Shown here one piece after another: positions 19,849 to 28,739 of a stretch of 64,000 nt of DNA. This DNA comes from Pseudomonadota bacterium (GTDB lineage Bacteria; UBA10199; 2-02-FULL-44-16; JBDRGF01): contig JBDRGF010000033.1 of assembly GCA_043818055.1 (NCBI GenBank), positions 52,363 to 116,362 on the forward strand, in the 5' to 3' direction. Each line of letters opens with the position of its first letter. Within the stretch, counting starts at the first letter, position 1. Both the position numbers and the translations under genes were made by a program. The notes under the pieces were generated by a model that saw only the letters and a program-made list of their open reading frames with translations, made no database searches and was not told the origin of the DNA.

Positions 19849-21287
19849 AATCTAATAGATGTAGGGGCAGACCCCCGTGTCTGCCCGAGGGCTGACGCAT
19901 AAGAAGATGAGACAGAATCACAAATATATTCCATATTTTCTTCGAAAACTGTAAACACGTCTAAAATAAAATTTCCCTTACGTAATACTCCAATGATAGG
20001 ATGATCTGATTTTAGAAGTTTATAGTAAAATTGTTCGGCGAGCTTCGCGTCCTTTGATTTTGAAGATTGATCGAATTCAATTTTTACGGCGAAACTTTTC
20101 AATTTCAAATTTGGCAGTGAACCTCCACCTACCTGTGCAAAACTGTCGACTACTTTGCATCTCACACCGGCTTTCGTAAGTTCGTTTTGAAAACTCGAGG
20201 CCAATGCATTTAGCTCCTTATCAGAACGATTCAACATCGAAAAGAGGGGGTTCGATTTAAGAAGGCTATTTTCATCAAGATACTCTCTACATGCTGCGGA
20301 GAGTATCGCCAGTGTCAGTTTGCCAACTCTTAGAGCCCTCATCATCGGGGCTTTATCGAGTTTTCGTATCAAGGCATTCCTTCCCGCTACGACACCACCC
20401 TGGGGTCCTCCGAGAAGTTTATCACAGCTGAATGTAACAAGGTCAGCGCCACTTTCCAGGGCTGATTTTACATTCGGTTCGTCATTCATGGGAAGGCCAT
20501 CAATATTCTTGAGCAATCCGGAACCTATATCATATAACAGTAGCAAATTATTAGAATGCGCGAGTTTGGAGAGGTCATTCACATCCACATCCTCTGTGAA
20601 ACCTTGAATTGTGTAATTGGATGTATGTGCCTTGAATATCATCCCTGTCTTAGGCGTGATCGCATCTTCGAAATCTTTTATGCGCGTCTTGTTAGTCGCT
20701 CCAACTTCGACCATCTTCACACCAGCCGCCCTCATAATCTCGGGGATGCGAAATGATCCTCCGATTTCGATGAGTTCGCCACGGGAAATTATTATCTCCT
20801 TTCCCCTGGTCAAAGTATTTAATGCCAGAATTATTCCAGCTGCATTATTGTTGACTACGATTGCATCTTCAGCACCTGTAAGATATTTGATGAGCTCAGT
20901 TACATGTATACTTCGACTTCCGCGCTTTCCATTTTCAAGGTCGAACTCTAAGTTTGAATAACCTGTGAGAATTTCAACAGCATCCTCAACAGCCTTTCTC
21001 CCAATCGGCGCCCGTCCCAAATTGGTATGAAGGACGACGCCAGTAGCGTTGATGACAGGCTTTAGTGATTTGCCAGCGATAGATTCTACCAGCTCTTTAA
21101 CCTTTGAAACCAGCTGATCATCTGTGGATGCCTGTTTTTCGGATTGTATCTCGACTCTTGCAACATTAATCGAACTACGCACCGCATAGGTGACAAGCTC
21201 CCTGCCATATTCTTCCGACAGGGCTTTAATCTCAGGATACTCAAGCACCCTATCCACTCCCGGCAATTTCCTAAATTCATTTCCCAT
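19845..21287 (-). CDS. selA: L-seryl-tRNA(Sec) selenium transferase
   Basis: VINATGVVLHTNLGRA, VNNNAA, SRGELIEIGGSFRIP, FSCDKLLGGPQ (PLP lysine). Confidence 0.97.
   Translation of the reverse strand: MGNEFRKLPGVDRVLEYPEIKALSEEYGRELVTYAVRSSINVARVEIQSEKQASTDDQLVSKVKELVESIAGKSLKPVINATGVVLHTNLGRAPIGRKAVEDAVEILTGYSNLEFDLENGKRGSRSIHVTELIKYLTGAEDAIVVNNNAAGIILALNTLTRGKEIIISRGELIEIGGSFRIPEIMRAAGVKMVEVGATNKTRIKDFEDAITPKTGMIFKAHTSNYTIQGFTEDVDVNDLSKLAHSNNLLLLYDIGSGLLKNIDGLPMNDEPNVKSALESGADLVTFSCDKLLGGPQGGVVAGRNALIRKLDKAPMMRALRVGKLTLAILSAACREYLDENSLLKSNPLFSMLNRSDKELNALASSFQNELTKAGVRCKVVDSFAQVGGGSLPNLKLKSFAVKIEFDQSSKSKDAKLAEQFYYKLLKSDHPIIGVLRKGNFILDVFTVFEENMEYICDSVSSSYASALGQTRGSAPTSIRL
19861..19886. repeat. 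GTAG-type REP half-unit inside the selA 3' end
   Basis: GTAGGGGCAGACCCCCGTGTCTGCCC. Same family as 25728-25781 and 29993-30052. Confidence 0.75.
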
Positions 21288-21356
21288 ATGTAATAAATTA
21301 TTTCCTTAATAACTTACGCACTCAAGCACTTCTACACTTAAACACTGTTTTTCTTG

Positions 21357-21448
21357 CAGAGAGGGCAGGAATCGAACCTGCCACAGACGGTTTTATCCGG
21401 CCGCTACTGGCTTTGAAGGCCAGCTAAAACACCAGTTTATTCCTCTCT
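21357..21448 (-). tRNA. selC: tRNA-Sec (UCA), 7-bp acceptor / 5-bp T-stem
   Basis: AGAGAGG...CTGGC-CTTCAAA-GCCAG, long variable arm, GCAGG-TTCGATT-CCTGC-CCTCTCT-G. Lies directly upstream of selA-selB. CCA is not encoded. Confidence 0.93.
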
Positions 21449-21627
21449 ATTCATGCCGACTTATGTGGAATCAACATAACTTTAATTCCTGGTCAATATA
21501 AATTCTATTTATGGAGATTTAAAAAATATTTAGGTGGTCGAATAAATCATGAATTACAACAGGTTAGAAAGGATGATCTCAGGGTTGAAATTTGACAAAG
21601 GGAGATAAAAGGAGCAAAATCTGCTTT

Positions 21628-21800
21628 AGATTTTTGAAAACTTAAGCACGGGGACAGAGATTTGAATTAAGAATGCTCTCACTTCCCAGGGGGTGAAATA
21701 AATTTCATTTACTGGAGAAAAGTGTAACAGTTCTTTGCGCCAAAGGGAGGCTTGCGGCTGCTTCAAACCCTGTTCCCCGTGTTTAAGTTTTCAAAACAAT
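21628..21800 (+). ncRNA. Candidate structured ncRNA (or paired-REP/MITE): long terminal stem plus internal hairpins
   Basis: Arms 21632-21666 and 21762-21796 are near-perfect inverted repeats. TTGACA-N17-CAAAAT at 21592-21620 lies just upstream. G-U pairs favour the + strand. Confidence 0.45.
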
Positions 21801-21871
21801 CAGTTAATATTTTCAATCAGTTATTCCTTAATACATGAAATTTTGAACCGTTCAAGAGATTTTAGTGATTT

Positions 21872-22660
21872 TTATTCTTTTGAGGATAAAATTAACTGTT
21901 TATTCTCGTCCATAATTTCAAAATTGTTTAAATATATCAAATGCATATACTTTGCCTTGTCATAATTATTTTTTCTGTTATCAACAATAAAATTCGAAAC
22001 TGCTGAATGCAAATTACTTATCTGTTCCGTTAAATAGTATAATTGAGACTCTGTAAACCAATTCAAATGAATTCTTGAAATCACTTTATTACTAGAACCA
22101 TGTGATTGGTTGGGACTTTTAAAATATCTTTTAAAAACCGGTTCGTGTATCCTTAAAAATGTTTTAATAAACTTTTTTGACCTTCCCAATTGATATCTTG
22201 TATGTGTTGGGGGATTTATCAATAGTTTCCCGTCCGGCCTACAAATCACGACGTCTTTTCTCTTGAGCATTTCAATTAACTCTGCAACTTGTTTCTTCTT
22301 ATCTGAAAAACATTCAACAATTTCTTCCTTGGAAAGTGGCCACTTCAATAGAAGAATCATAATGTAAACAGAAATCTCACTTGTACACCAGGCATCAGAC
22401 TCCTCCTCCTCAAAAATATACAGCCTGTTATCCGGCCTCATAGTTTCGGAAAAGATGTCCGATATTTCAATATTAAGAAACGAACAGATGCTATCCAACT
22501 GAGAGATGCTCATTTTGGATTCACATTTAAACATGCGAGAAATTAACGAAGGGGTTAGCTGCAAAGCTGCGGCTAAATCCTTTCTTCTAAGGCCTTTTAG
22601 CTTAATAATTTCGTCCAACCTTTTGCAAACTTTATTTTGTAGCGCTATATTGTCTTTCAT
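21872..22660 (-). CDS. XRE/HTH_3-family transcriptional regulator with long C-terminal domain
   Basis: N-terminal LRRKDLAAALQLTPSLISRMFKCESKMSISQL helix-turn-helix. Confidence 0.78.
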   Translation of the reverse strand: MKDNIALQNKVCKRLDEIIKLKGLRRKDLAAALQLTPSLISRMFKCESKMSISQLDSICSFLNIEISDIFSETMRPDNRLYIFEEEESDAWCTSEISVYIMILLLKWPLSKEEIVECFSDKKKQVAELIEMLKRKDVVICRPDGKLLINPPTHTRYQLGRSKKFIKTFLRIHEPVFKRYFKSPNQSHGSSNKVISRIHLNWFTESQLYYLTEQISNLHSAVSNFIVDNRKNNYDKAKYMHLIYLNNFEIMDENKQLILSSKE

Positions 22661-22822
22661 TAGCCGTTCTCCTTCTTACATGACAAAAGATTCAATTGCA
22701 AGCACTAAATTGAATATCTTTCAACTTGCAAATCTCATTCAACTTTTTCTTGACCTAACCGTGTAAATAACATAATCAGCCAAGATGCAAAATATCACTA
22801 ATAGCGAGTTTGAGAGGTATCA

Positions 22823-23836
22823 ATGAAAACTTGTTTTGACAAGGAGAAAAAGGACATCCTGATGGGGGAGTTGGATAACATAGATGTATCATCGCGCATC
22901 GTTGGAAAAAGCAAAAACTTGACAGGGTTGCTTCAGAAGGCACGCATGGTAAAGGGACATCACGACGCCAACGTCCTGATCGAAGGCGAGAGCGGCACGG
23001 GGAAGGAATTGCTGGCGAGATACATCCATAGTCTTGAAGGTGATACAAAACGGCCGCTGATTGTTGTGAATTGTGCGGCTATTCCGGAAAATCTGATCGA
23101 ATCTGAGTTGTTTGGTCATGAAAGAGGCTCCTTCACAGGGGCTACAAAGAAAAAAATTGGGAAATTCGCCTTAGCCGACGAGGGAGATGTCTTTCTCGAT
23201 GAGATCAGCACCTTAAAAATCGAAACACAGGCAAAGCTTTTGAGAGTATTGCAAGAGAAAGAATTCTGTCCAATAGGCAGCAATTTCCCCGTGAGATCAA
23301 GTTTTCGGGTGATAGCTGCATCCAATGAGAATCTGGAAATGATGATTGCTCAGGGCAGGTTTCGCTTAGATCTGTACCACCGCCTGAAGATCATAACACT
23401 GACAACGCCGCCCCTCAGAGATCGAAAAGAGGACATAGAAGCGCTCGTTTTGTATTTTCTAAAAAAGTTCAGCGCACAAGGTAAATTAAAGAAGATATCA
23501 AAATCGACAATTGAAAAGCTAAAGAAATACGATTGGCCAGGGAATATAAGAGAACTAGAAAATGTGATTCACAACGCAGCGATATTCACAGAGAGCTATT
23601 TTATAGAAGAAAACGACATCTCGATTCCAGCTCGCACATCAGCTGCTCACACAGGAATGATGAATCTTTCACCTATGGTAACAGGCACCGTCATGCCACT
23701 GAAAACACTTCTTTCAAAGATTGAGAGAGAGTATATAAAAGAGTCTATCAGCTTTATGAATGGCGAGAAGGCAAAAGCCGCAAAGCATCTTGGCATTGGC
23801 AGAACGACGCTCTTTACAAAGTTGAAGAAAATGTAA
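22823..23836 (+). CDS. Sigma-54 enhancer-binding protein lacking an N-terminal sensor domain
   Basis: GESGTGKE, ESELFGHERGSFTGA, FLDEI, RFRLDLYHRL, WPGNIRELEN and a C-terminal Fis HTH. Confidence 0.93.
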   Translation: MKTCFDKEKKDILMGELDNIDVSSRIVGKSKNLTGLLQKARMVKGHHDANVLIEGESGTGKELLARYIHSLEGDTKRPLIVVNCAAIPENLIESELFGHERGSFTGATKKKIGKFALADEGDVFLDEISTLKIETQAKLLRVLQEKEFCPIGSNFPVRSSFRVIAASNENLEMMIAQGRFRLDLYHRLKIITLTTPPLRDRKEDIEALVLYFLKKFSAQGKLKKISKSTIEKLKKYDWPGNIRELENVIHNAAIFTESYFIEENDISIPARTSAAHTGMMNLSPMVTGTVMPLKTLLSKIEREYIKESISFMNGEKAKAAKHLGIGRTTLFTKLKKM

Positions 23837-23981
23837 CTATTCAGGTACCCTGATAACATATTGAAATGATTGACGTTGTATAACCCTGTTTGTCATCCCC
23901 GACTTGATCGGGGATCCAGGAAAGCCTTATTGTATTTGGATTCCCGCCTACGCTGAAATGACAGATACCTGAATAGTTACA
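23832..23981. mobile_element. 150-bp MITE-like palindromic element carrying an internal GTCAT...ATGAC REP
   Basis: Perfect 16-bp terminal inverted repeat TGTAACTATTCAGGTA / TACCTGAATAGTTACA. Internal GTCATCCCCGACTTGATCGGGGATCC...GGATTCCCGCCTACGCTGAAATGAC. Confidence 0.72.
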
Positions 23982-24201
23982 AAGTTTTTTGAATATCAGA
24001 TGGCCTCATTACCCAACTTTCATTTATAAGTCCATAAAAAAATTTTATAGACCTTTCCTCTTATCATAAATTATTCTCATAATATAACCGCCCGCTACAC
24101 AAAAAACTAAGAATATCATATAGTTACATATAGTATCCCAACCTCTCAAATAGTCATTTGCCCTTGCAGAATTCCCCTTTTCAAAGTACTAAATCTATAA
24201 A

Positions 24202-24789
24202 ATGAAGATAGATTTTGAAGCATTCATACTTGCCGGGGGAAAATCTAGCCGATTCGGCTCTAACAAGGCGCTCGTCAAACTCAATGAGGAAACCCTGCTT
24301 GAAATCATACTCGGAAAGCTAAGGCAAATTTTTCCAAAGGTTACAATTGTTGTTAAAGATTCCGCACAGGTCACAACACTAAAAATTGACCATATCGTGG
24401 ACAACCATCAATACCCGGGTGCCCTTGCCGGGATTGCGACTGCCCTTTCCACAGCTAAAGCCCAGAAAATTTTTATTGTCTCATGCGACCAGCCACTGAT
24501 CGATCACAAGGTGATCGATAAAATTCTTCAAAACGCGGGAGATGAGGAATTGTTGCTCCCGGTTGTCGATGGATTCAAACAACCGCTGCAAGCCCTATAT
24601 GATAAAAAAGCATATCTTAAGTTGCCCGGCGACTTGAATGCTGCGCTTCCTGATTTTACCTGTAAGTTGATCACGAGGCAGATGCTCCGAGGTGAGTTTT
24701 GCGGGATCCCAAATTTTGAGAAGTCCTTTGTCAACGTCAACACACAAAGCGACTTTGAACGCGTCAAAAGAATATGGAGAAACCTATGA
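24202..24789 (+). CDS. mobA: Molybdenum cofactor guanylyltransferase
   Basis: ILAGGKSSRFGSNKA, CDQP, QPLQALY, NVNT. Confidence 0.92.
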   Translation: MKIDFEAFILAGGKSSRFGSNKALVKLNEETLLEIILGKLRQIFPKVTIVVKDSAQVTTLKIDHIVDNHQYPGALAGIATALSTAKAQKIFIVSCDQPLIDHKVIDKILQNAGDEELLLPVVDGFKQPLQALYDKKAYLKLPGDLNAALPDFTCKLITRQMLRGEFCGIPNFEKSFVNVNTQSDFERVKRIWRNL

Positions 24790-25664
24790 AAAAAATATTA
24801 AAACTAACCCTATGTATTGCTATGATTTTTAGCAGCTCAATTGCGTTTGCCAAAGAAAAAGCAATAATCCTGGCAACAACTACAAGCACTGAAAACTCAG
24901 GACTTCTGGACTACATTCATCCCGATTTCACTCAAAAAACAGGGATTAAGGTCAAAGTCGTTGCTAAGGGGACAGGCGCCGCACTCAAGATGGCGATGGA
25001 TGGGAATGCCGATATTGTAATGGCGCACGCAAAGAATCGTGAGTTAAAATTCGTAGAAGAGGGATATGGAATAGACAGACATGAATTCATGCATAACGAT
25101 TTTATCATAGTCGGACCTGCGAGCGATCCGGCAGACATTTATGGAATGACAGATGCGGCATCAGCGTTGTCTAAAATTGCAAAATTTAAGAAGACCCCCT
25201 TTATCTCGCGGGGTGATAACTCCGGCACTCATATCAAAGAGCAACAGCTCTGGAAGAATTCGACAGCTGATCTAATAGAAGATAATCAAGATGTAATGGC
25301 AGAAGGTCAAATAAAGAACGTAAAATCTATTAGGCCAAAAGGGAGATGGTATCTCTCCGTCGGCCAGGGCATGGCAAAGACATTTGGAATCGCCTATGAA
25401 AAGAATGCCTATACTATAATAGATAGAGGCACCTTTATCGCGCTATCCGATAAATATAAGCTCAAAATCATGGTGGAGGGAGATCCAAAGCTCTTCAATC
25501 AATATTCGATCATGGCCGTCAATCCAAAGAAATATCCGCACGTGAAATATAAATACTCAAAAAAATATATAGACTGGATCCTCTCTCCTTCGACTCTGAA
25601 GATGATTGCGAACTACAAGATCAAGGGAGAGCAGCTCTTTTTTCCTGAAAAGATGCCCGATTGA
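24786..25664 (+). CDS. tupA: Tungstate ABC transporter substrate-binding protein
   Basis: Signal peptide, TupA signature ATTTSTENSGL, SRGDNSGTH. Confidence 0.92.
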   Translation: MKKILKLTLCIAMIFSSSIAFAKEKAIILATTTSTENSGLLDYIHPDFTQKTGIKVKVVAKGTGAALKMAMDGNADIVMAHAKNRELKFVEEGYGIDRHEFMHNDFIIVGPASDPADIYGMTDAASALSKIAKFKKTPFISRGDNSGTHIKEQQLWKNSTADLIEDNQDVMAEGQIKNVKSIRPKGRWYLSVGQGMAKTFGIAYEKNAYTIIDRGTFIALSDKYKLKIMVEGDPKLFNQYSIMAVNPKKYPHVKYKYSKKYIDWILSPSTLKMIANYKIKGEQLFFPEKMPD

Positions 25665-25727
25665 TTAAACTGCATCTTCAAAAATTTTTCTTTAAATATA
25701 GCTGCCGCAAAACGCACTCTCTATTTT

Positions 25728-25781
25728 GTAGGGGCGGCCCCCTGTGGCCGCCCGCGGGTAAGCACGGGGGCTTCCCCCTAC
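25728..25781. repeat. GTAG-type REP doublet
   Basis: GTAGGGGCGGCCCCCTGTGGCCGCCC...CCCCTAC. Confidence 0.75.
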
Positions 25782-25855
25782 ATCAATAAATTATACAAAA
25801 CGGACAATTTGTTTTGCGGTAGCTATATCTGATCAAACTATGATAAAAGGACGAA

Positions 25856-26548
25856 ATGTTTTTGGATTCTATACAACAAGCCCTGCTCAACATCACAAAC
25901 CTCAACCCTGAACTACTAAACATCGTTTTGAGGTCGCTCCTGCTCGCTACAACATCGACTTTTGTTGCGGCGATCGTCGGCATATCGCTTGGAATATCGA
26001 TCGCCAGATCCAATTTTTCAGGAAAGAGACTTATCATTTCCCTCATCAACACAGGAATGGCATTTCCAACAGTTGTAGTGGGCATTGTCCTCTACTGCAT
26101 CCTCTCCAAAAACGGCCCCCTTGGAATTTATTCCCTCCTCTATACAAAAATAGCAATAATTCTGGGGCAGATAGTTTTAGGGCTGCCCATCGTCATAGCG
26201 ATAACGATCAGCTCCATCTCCCATCTCGACAAAAATCTCTTTAAACTTATCGACATCTTCAATGCCCGGGGAAGCCTTAAGCTTTTTACTATACTAAAAG
26301 AGGCCAGATTTGGAATCATTACTGCAATCGTCGCCTGCTTCGGAAGGGTGATAGCAGAGGTTGGAGTATCGATGATACTGGGCGGCAATATCAAAGAATA
26401 CACCCGCACGATGACGACAGCGATCGCGCTCGAACACGACAAGGGGGAACTATCATTGGCCCTGGCACTTGGAATTATCCTCCTTTGCATATCGCTTGGC
26501 GTCAACATCCTCTTTCAACACTATAAGCCCCATGAAAGGGAAGCATGA
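25856..26548 (+). CDS. tupB: Tungstate ABC transporter permease
   Basis: PTVVVG, FGRVIAEVG, GGNIKEYTRTMTTAIALE. Confidence 0.92.
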   Translation: MFLDSIQQALLNITNLNPELLNIVLRSLLLATTSTFVAAIVGISLGISIARSNFSGKRLIISLINTGMAFPTVVVGIVLYCILSKNGPLGIYSLLYTKIAIILGQIVLGLPIVIAITISSISHLDKNLFKLIDIFNARGSLKLFTILKEARFGIITAIVACFGRVIAEVGVSMILGGNIKEYTRTMTTAIALEHDKGELSLALALGIILLCISLGVNILFQHYKPHEREA

Positions 26549-27543
26549 TCGAGATAAACGGACTGACAATTTCAAAGGGATCAAAAAAGATACTCGACAT
26601 CGATCACTTAAAACTCGAATCCGGGAAGGTCACAGCGATATTGGGACCCAACGGCTCCGGTAAAACAACGCTCCTCGAGACTATAGCCCTCCTCAACAGG
26701 GATGAGCTATCAAAAATCAAATTTGACGGAAGCGATATCACACTTGAAAATCTTCCCCAGTTAAAAAGATCTATTGCGCTCCTGTTGCAAAGGCCGACGC
26801 TATTTGAATCTCCGGTCATCGACAACGTCTGCTTCGGCCTGATCGCCAAGGGCTTTTCCAAAAGAGAGGCTACTCCCCGGGCGATTGAGATGTTAAAAAG
26901 ACTTGGCATCGATCATATATCAAAAAGAACCCCCACCTCGCTATCAGGCGGGGAACGGCAGAGGGTCTGCCTAGCCGCTCTTCTCGTTTTAAAACCAAAA
27001 TGGTTGCTATTGGATGAACCATTTTCAAACATCGATACAGAAAATCGCGAGATGTTCAAAAGGCTGATCACAGAGCTATCCAAAGTAGGCGTCGGGGTGA
27101 TATACTCGAGCCATAGAGTTCCAGAGGCGGTTCTCCTCTCCGACCATATCTATCACCTTTATGAAGGCAGGCTTTCCGAAGAGGTGATGGAGAATGTATT
27201 CACTGTCGAGATCCTCAAAGAGGGGGAAGAGAGATTCTTCGAGCTTGCCAGAAAACAAAGGATCTACATAGCAGATGATCTTGAGGGAATCTGTCGAATC
27301 TCGATCGATCCCAAAAATCTGATACTCTCCCTGAAGCCATTCAAATCGAGCGCTAGAAATATGCTGATCGGAAAGGTGATATCGATATCCTCTCATCACG
27401 ATCTCGTTCGGGTCGAAATGGATGCAGGAATCCCTCTCCATGCGATCATAACGCACCAATCGTTGGAGGAATTGAAGCTCATCCCAGAGAAGAACATCAT
27501 AGTCTCATTCAAGGCGACTGCTATTAAGGTGATCAAGATTTGA
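26545..27543 (+). CDS. tupC: Tungstate ABC transporter ATPase with TOBE domain
   Basis: GPNGSGKT, LSGGERQR, LLLDEP, C-terminal SSARN...FKATA. Confidence 0.88.
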   Translation: MIEINGLTISKGSKKILDIDHLKLESGKVTAILGPNGSGKTTLLETIALLNRDELSKIKFDGSDITLENLPQLKRSIALLLQRPTLFESPVIDNVCFGLIAKGFSKREATPRAIEMLKRLGIDHISKRTPTSLSGGERQRVCLAALLVLKPKWLLLDEPFSNIDTENREMFKRLITELSKVGVGVIYSSHRVPEAVLLSDHIYHLYEGRLSEEVMENVFTVEILKEGEERFFELARKQRIYIADDLEGICRISIDPKNLILSLKPFKSSARNMLIGKVISISSHHDLVRVEMDAGIPLHAIITHQSLEELKLIPEKNIIVSFKATAIKVIKI

Positions 27544-27599
27544 TTTAGACATAAGTCATATCATGTGCTATCATTCGCAAAAATAAAAAGGGGGGATAT

Positions 27600-28061
27600 A
27601 TGAATTTTAAAAGGATCTTAATCGCAACGGTCGTAGTAACAATCGTAAACGCACTCTTTGGCTGGCTCACATGCGGCTGGCTCTTCAACTGGGTATATCA
27701 GCTGGAGCCGGTGAACGTCTGGATCGCTGAGGCTGAGATGACCCCGACTTTCATGCTCTGGGCAAATTTGGGAAGCTTAGTCATCGCCTTTTTGTTCGTA
27801 CTGATCTTCGCCCGCCTTCAGGATTGCCTTCCAGGTAAATGCCGATGCTGTAGGGGTATATCGTATGGCGTGATCGTGTGGCTGCTGGGCGTGCTTCCAG
27901 GCATGTTCTCGATCTACATGTTCATGAACATAAATAAAACCGTGCCGATCTACTTGGCGCTGAGCGGACTGGTCAGAATGTTGATCTTGGGTGGAATAAC
28001 AGGTCTAATCGTCAACAAGAAGGTAGAAGGTGAAAGCTGCTGCTGCGGTTCTGGTAAATAA
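27600..28061 (+). CDS. Four-helix membrane protein with Cys-rich patches
   Basis: Four hydrophobic segments, KCRCC and C-terminal SCCCGSGK, with an RBS. Confidence 0.75.
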   Translation: MNFKRILIATVVVTIVNALFGWLTCGWLFNWVYQLEPVNVWIAEAEMTPTFMLWANLGSLVIAFLFVLIFARLQDCLPGKCRCCRGISYGVIVWLLGVLPGMFSIYMFMNINKTVPIYLALSGLVRMLILGGITGLIVNKKVEGESCCCGSGK

Positions 28062-28082
28062 CAAAACAATCAATTGATTTGC

Positions 28083-28112
28083 AAAAAGGCCGCTATCAAT
28101 AGCGGCCTTTTT
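28083..28112. terminator. Bidirectional intrinsic terminator
   Basis: AAAAAGGCCGCTA-TCAA-TAGCGGCCTTTTT between convergent genes. Confidence 0.85.
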
Positions 28113-28129
28113 AGTACAAAAGATATCTT

Positions 28130-28621
28130 CTATTTTTTTAAATCTTTAGAATCAATTTTAATTTCTAAATCCTTAGGATCGATATTAATCTTCACTTCCG
28201 GGCAATCAAATTCCAACATTTCGATATGTTCACCGCTTCTGATCAATGCGTCCGTAACCTTCTGCGAAAATTTCTCCATATCTTTCAACATTTTTATGAT
28301 CGCACGATCCTCTAACGTCGGTTTTGAAGTTGGCTTGGATGTCGGGGCAGGTCTGCTTGTCGGCTTTGACGTTGATTGTTTTGTTACCTGCTCTGGGGTT
28401 TTTAGATATCTTCCAGGTTTAAAACGAGGCTCAAACTGACTTAAGTTAAACGAATCCATTTCGATATGTTCCGATACCATCGGCTTAGACTTTTCCAAAG
28501 ACTCTAAGTACCGAGAAATCTGATCGTCATTCAACGATACAGGTTTAGAGATCGGCTTTCTCTTTTTCACCGGCTGTGATGCTGGTGCTTTTACCTTCAC
28601 TGGTTTTGCTTTAATCTTCAT
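28130..28621 (-). CDS. Lys/Pro/Ser-rich orphan protein (~163 aa)
   Basis: RBS AAGGAG before ATG 28621. Repeated EHIEM motif and PTSKPTS repeats. Confidence 0.6.
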   Translation of the reverse strand: MKIKAKPVKVKAPASQPVKKRKPISKPVSLNDDQISRYLESLEKSKPMVSEHIEMDSFNLSQFEPRFKPGRYLKTPEQVTKQSTSKPTSRPAPTSKPTSKPTLEDRAIIKMLKDMEKFSQKVTDALIRSGEHIEMLEFDCPEVKINIDPKDLEIKIDSKDLKK

Positions 28622-28670
28622 AAAATTCTCCTTTTTAAAATTTCCCCCAGAATTGTTATCTATACTACCA

Positions 28671-28698
28671 TTATCGGGTGAAAGTACAAAAATGTTGC
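28671..28698 (-). promoter_or_regulatory. Sigma-28-like promoter
   Basis: GCAAC-N15-CCCGATAA upstream of the 28621 orphan gene. Confidence 0.5.
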
Positions 28699-28739
28699 TA
28701 GCATTATGTAAAAAAAATAAAGGCAATAATATCAATGCG

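Noticed and set aside
21628..21800. Confident call as 6S RNA or retron msr-msd
   Set aside because: No clear 6S conserved boxes or typical gene context, and no reverse transcriptase in the window. Kept only as an unclassified candidate.
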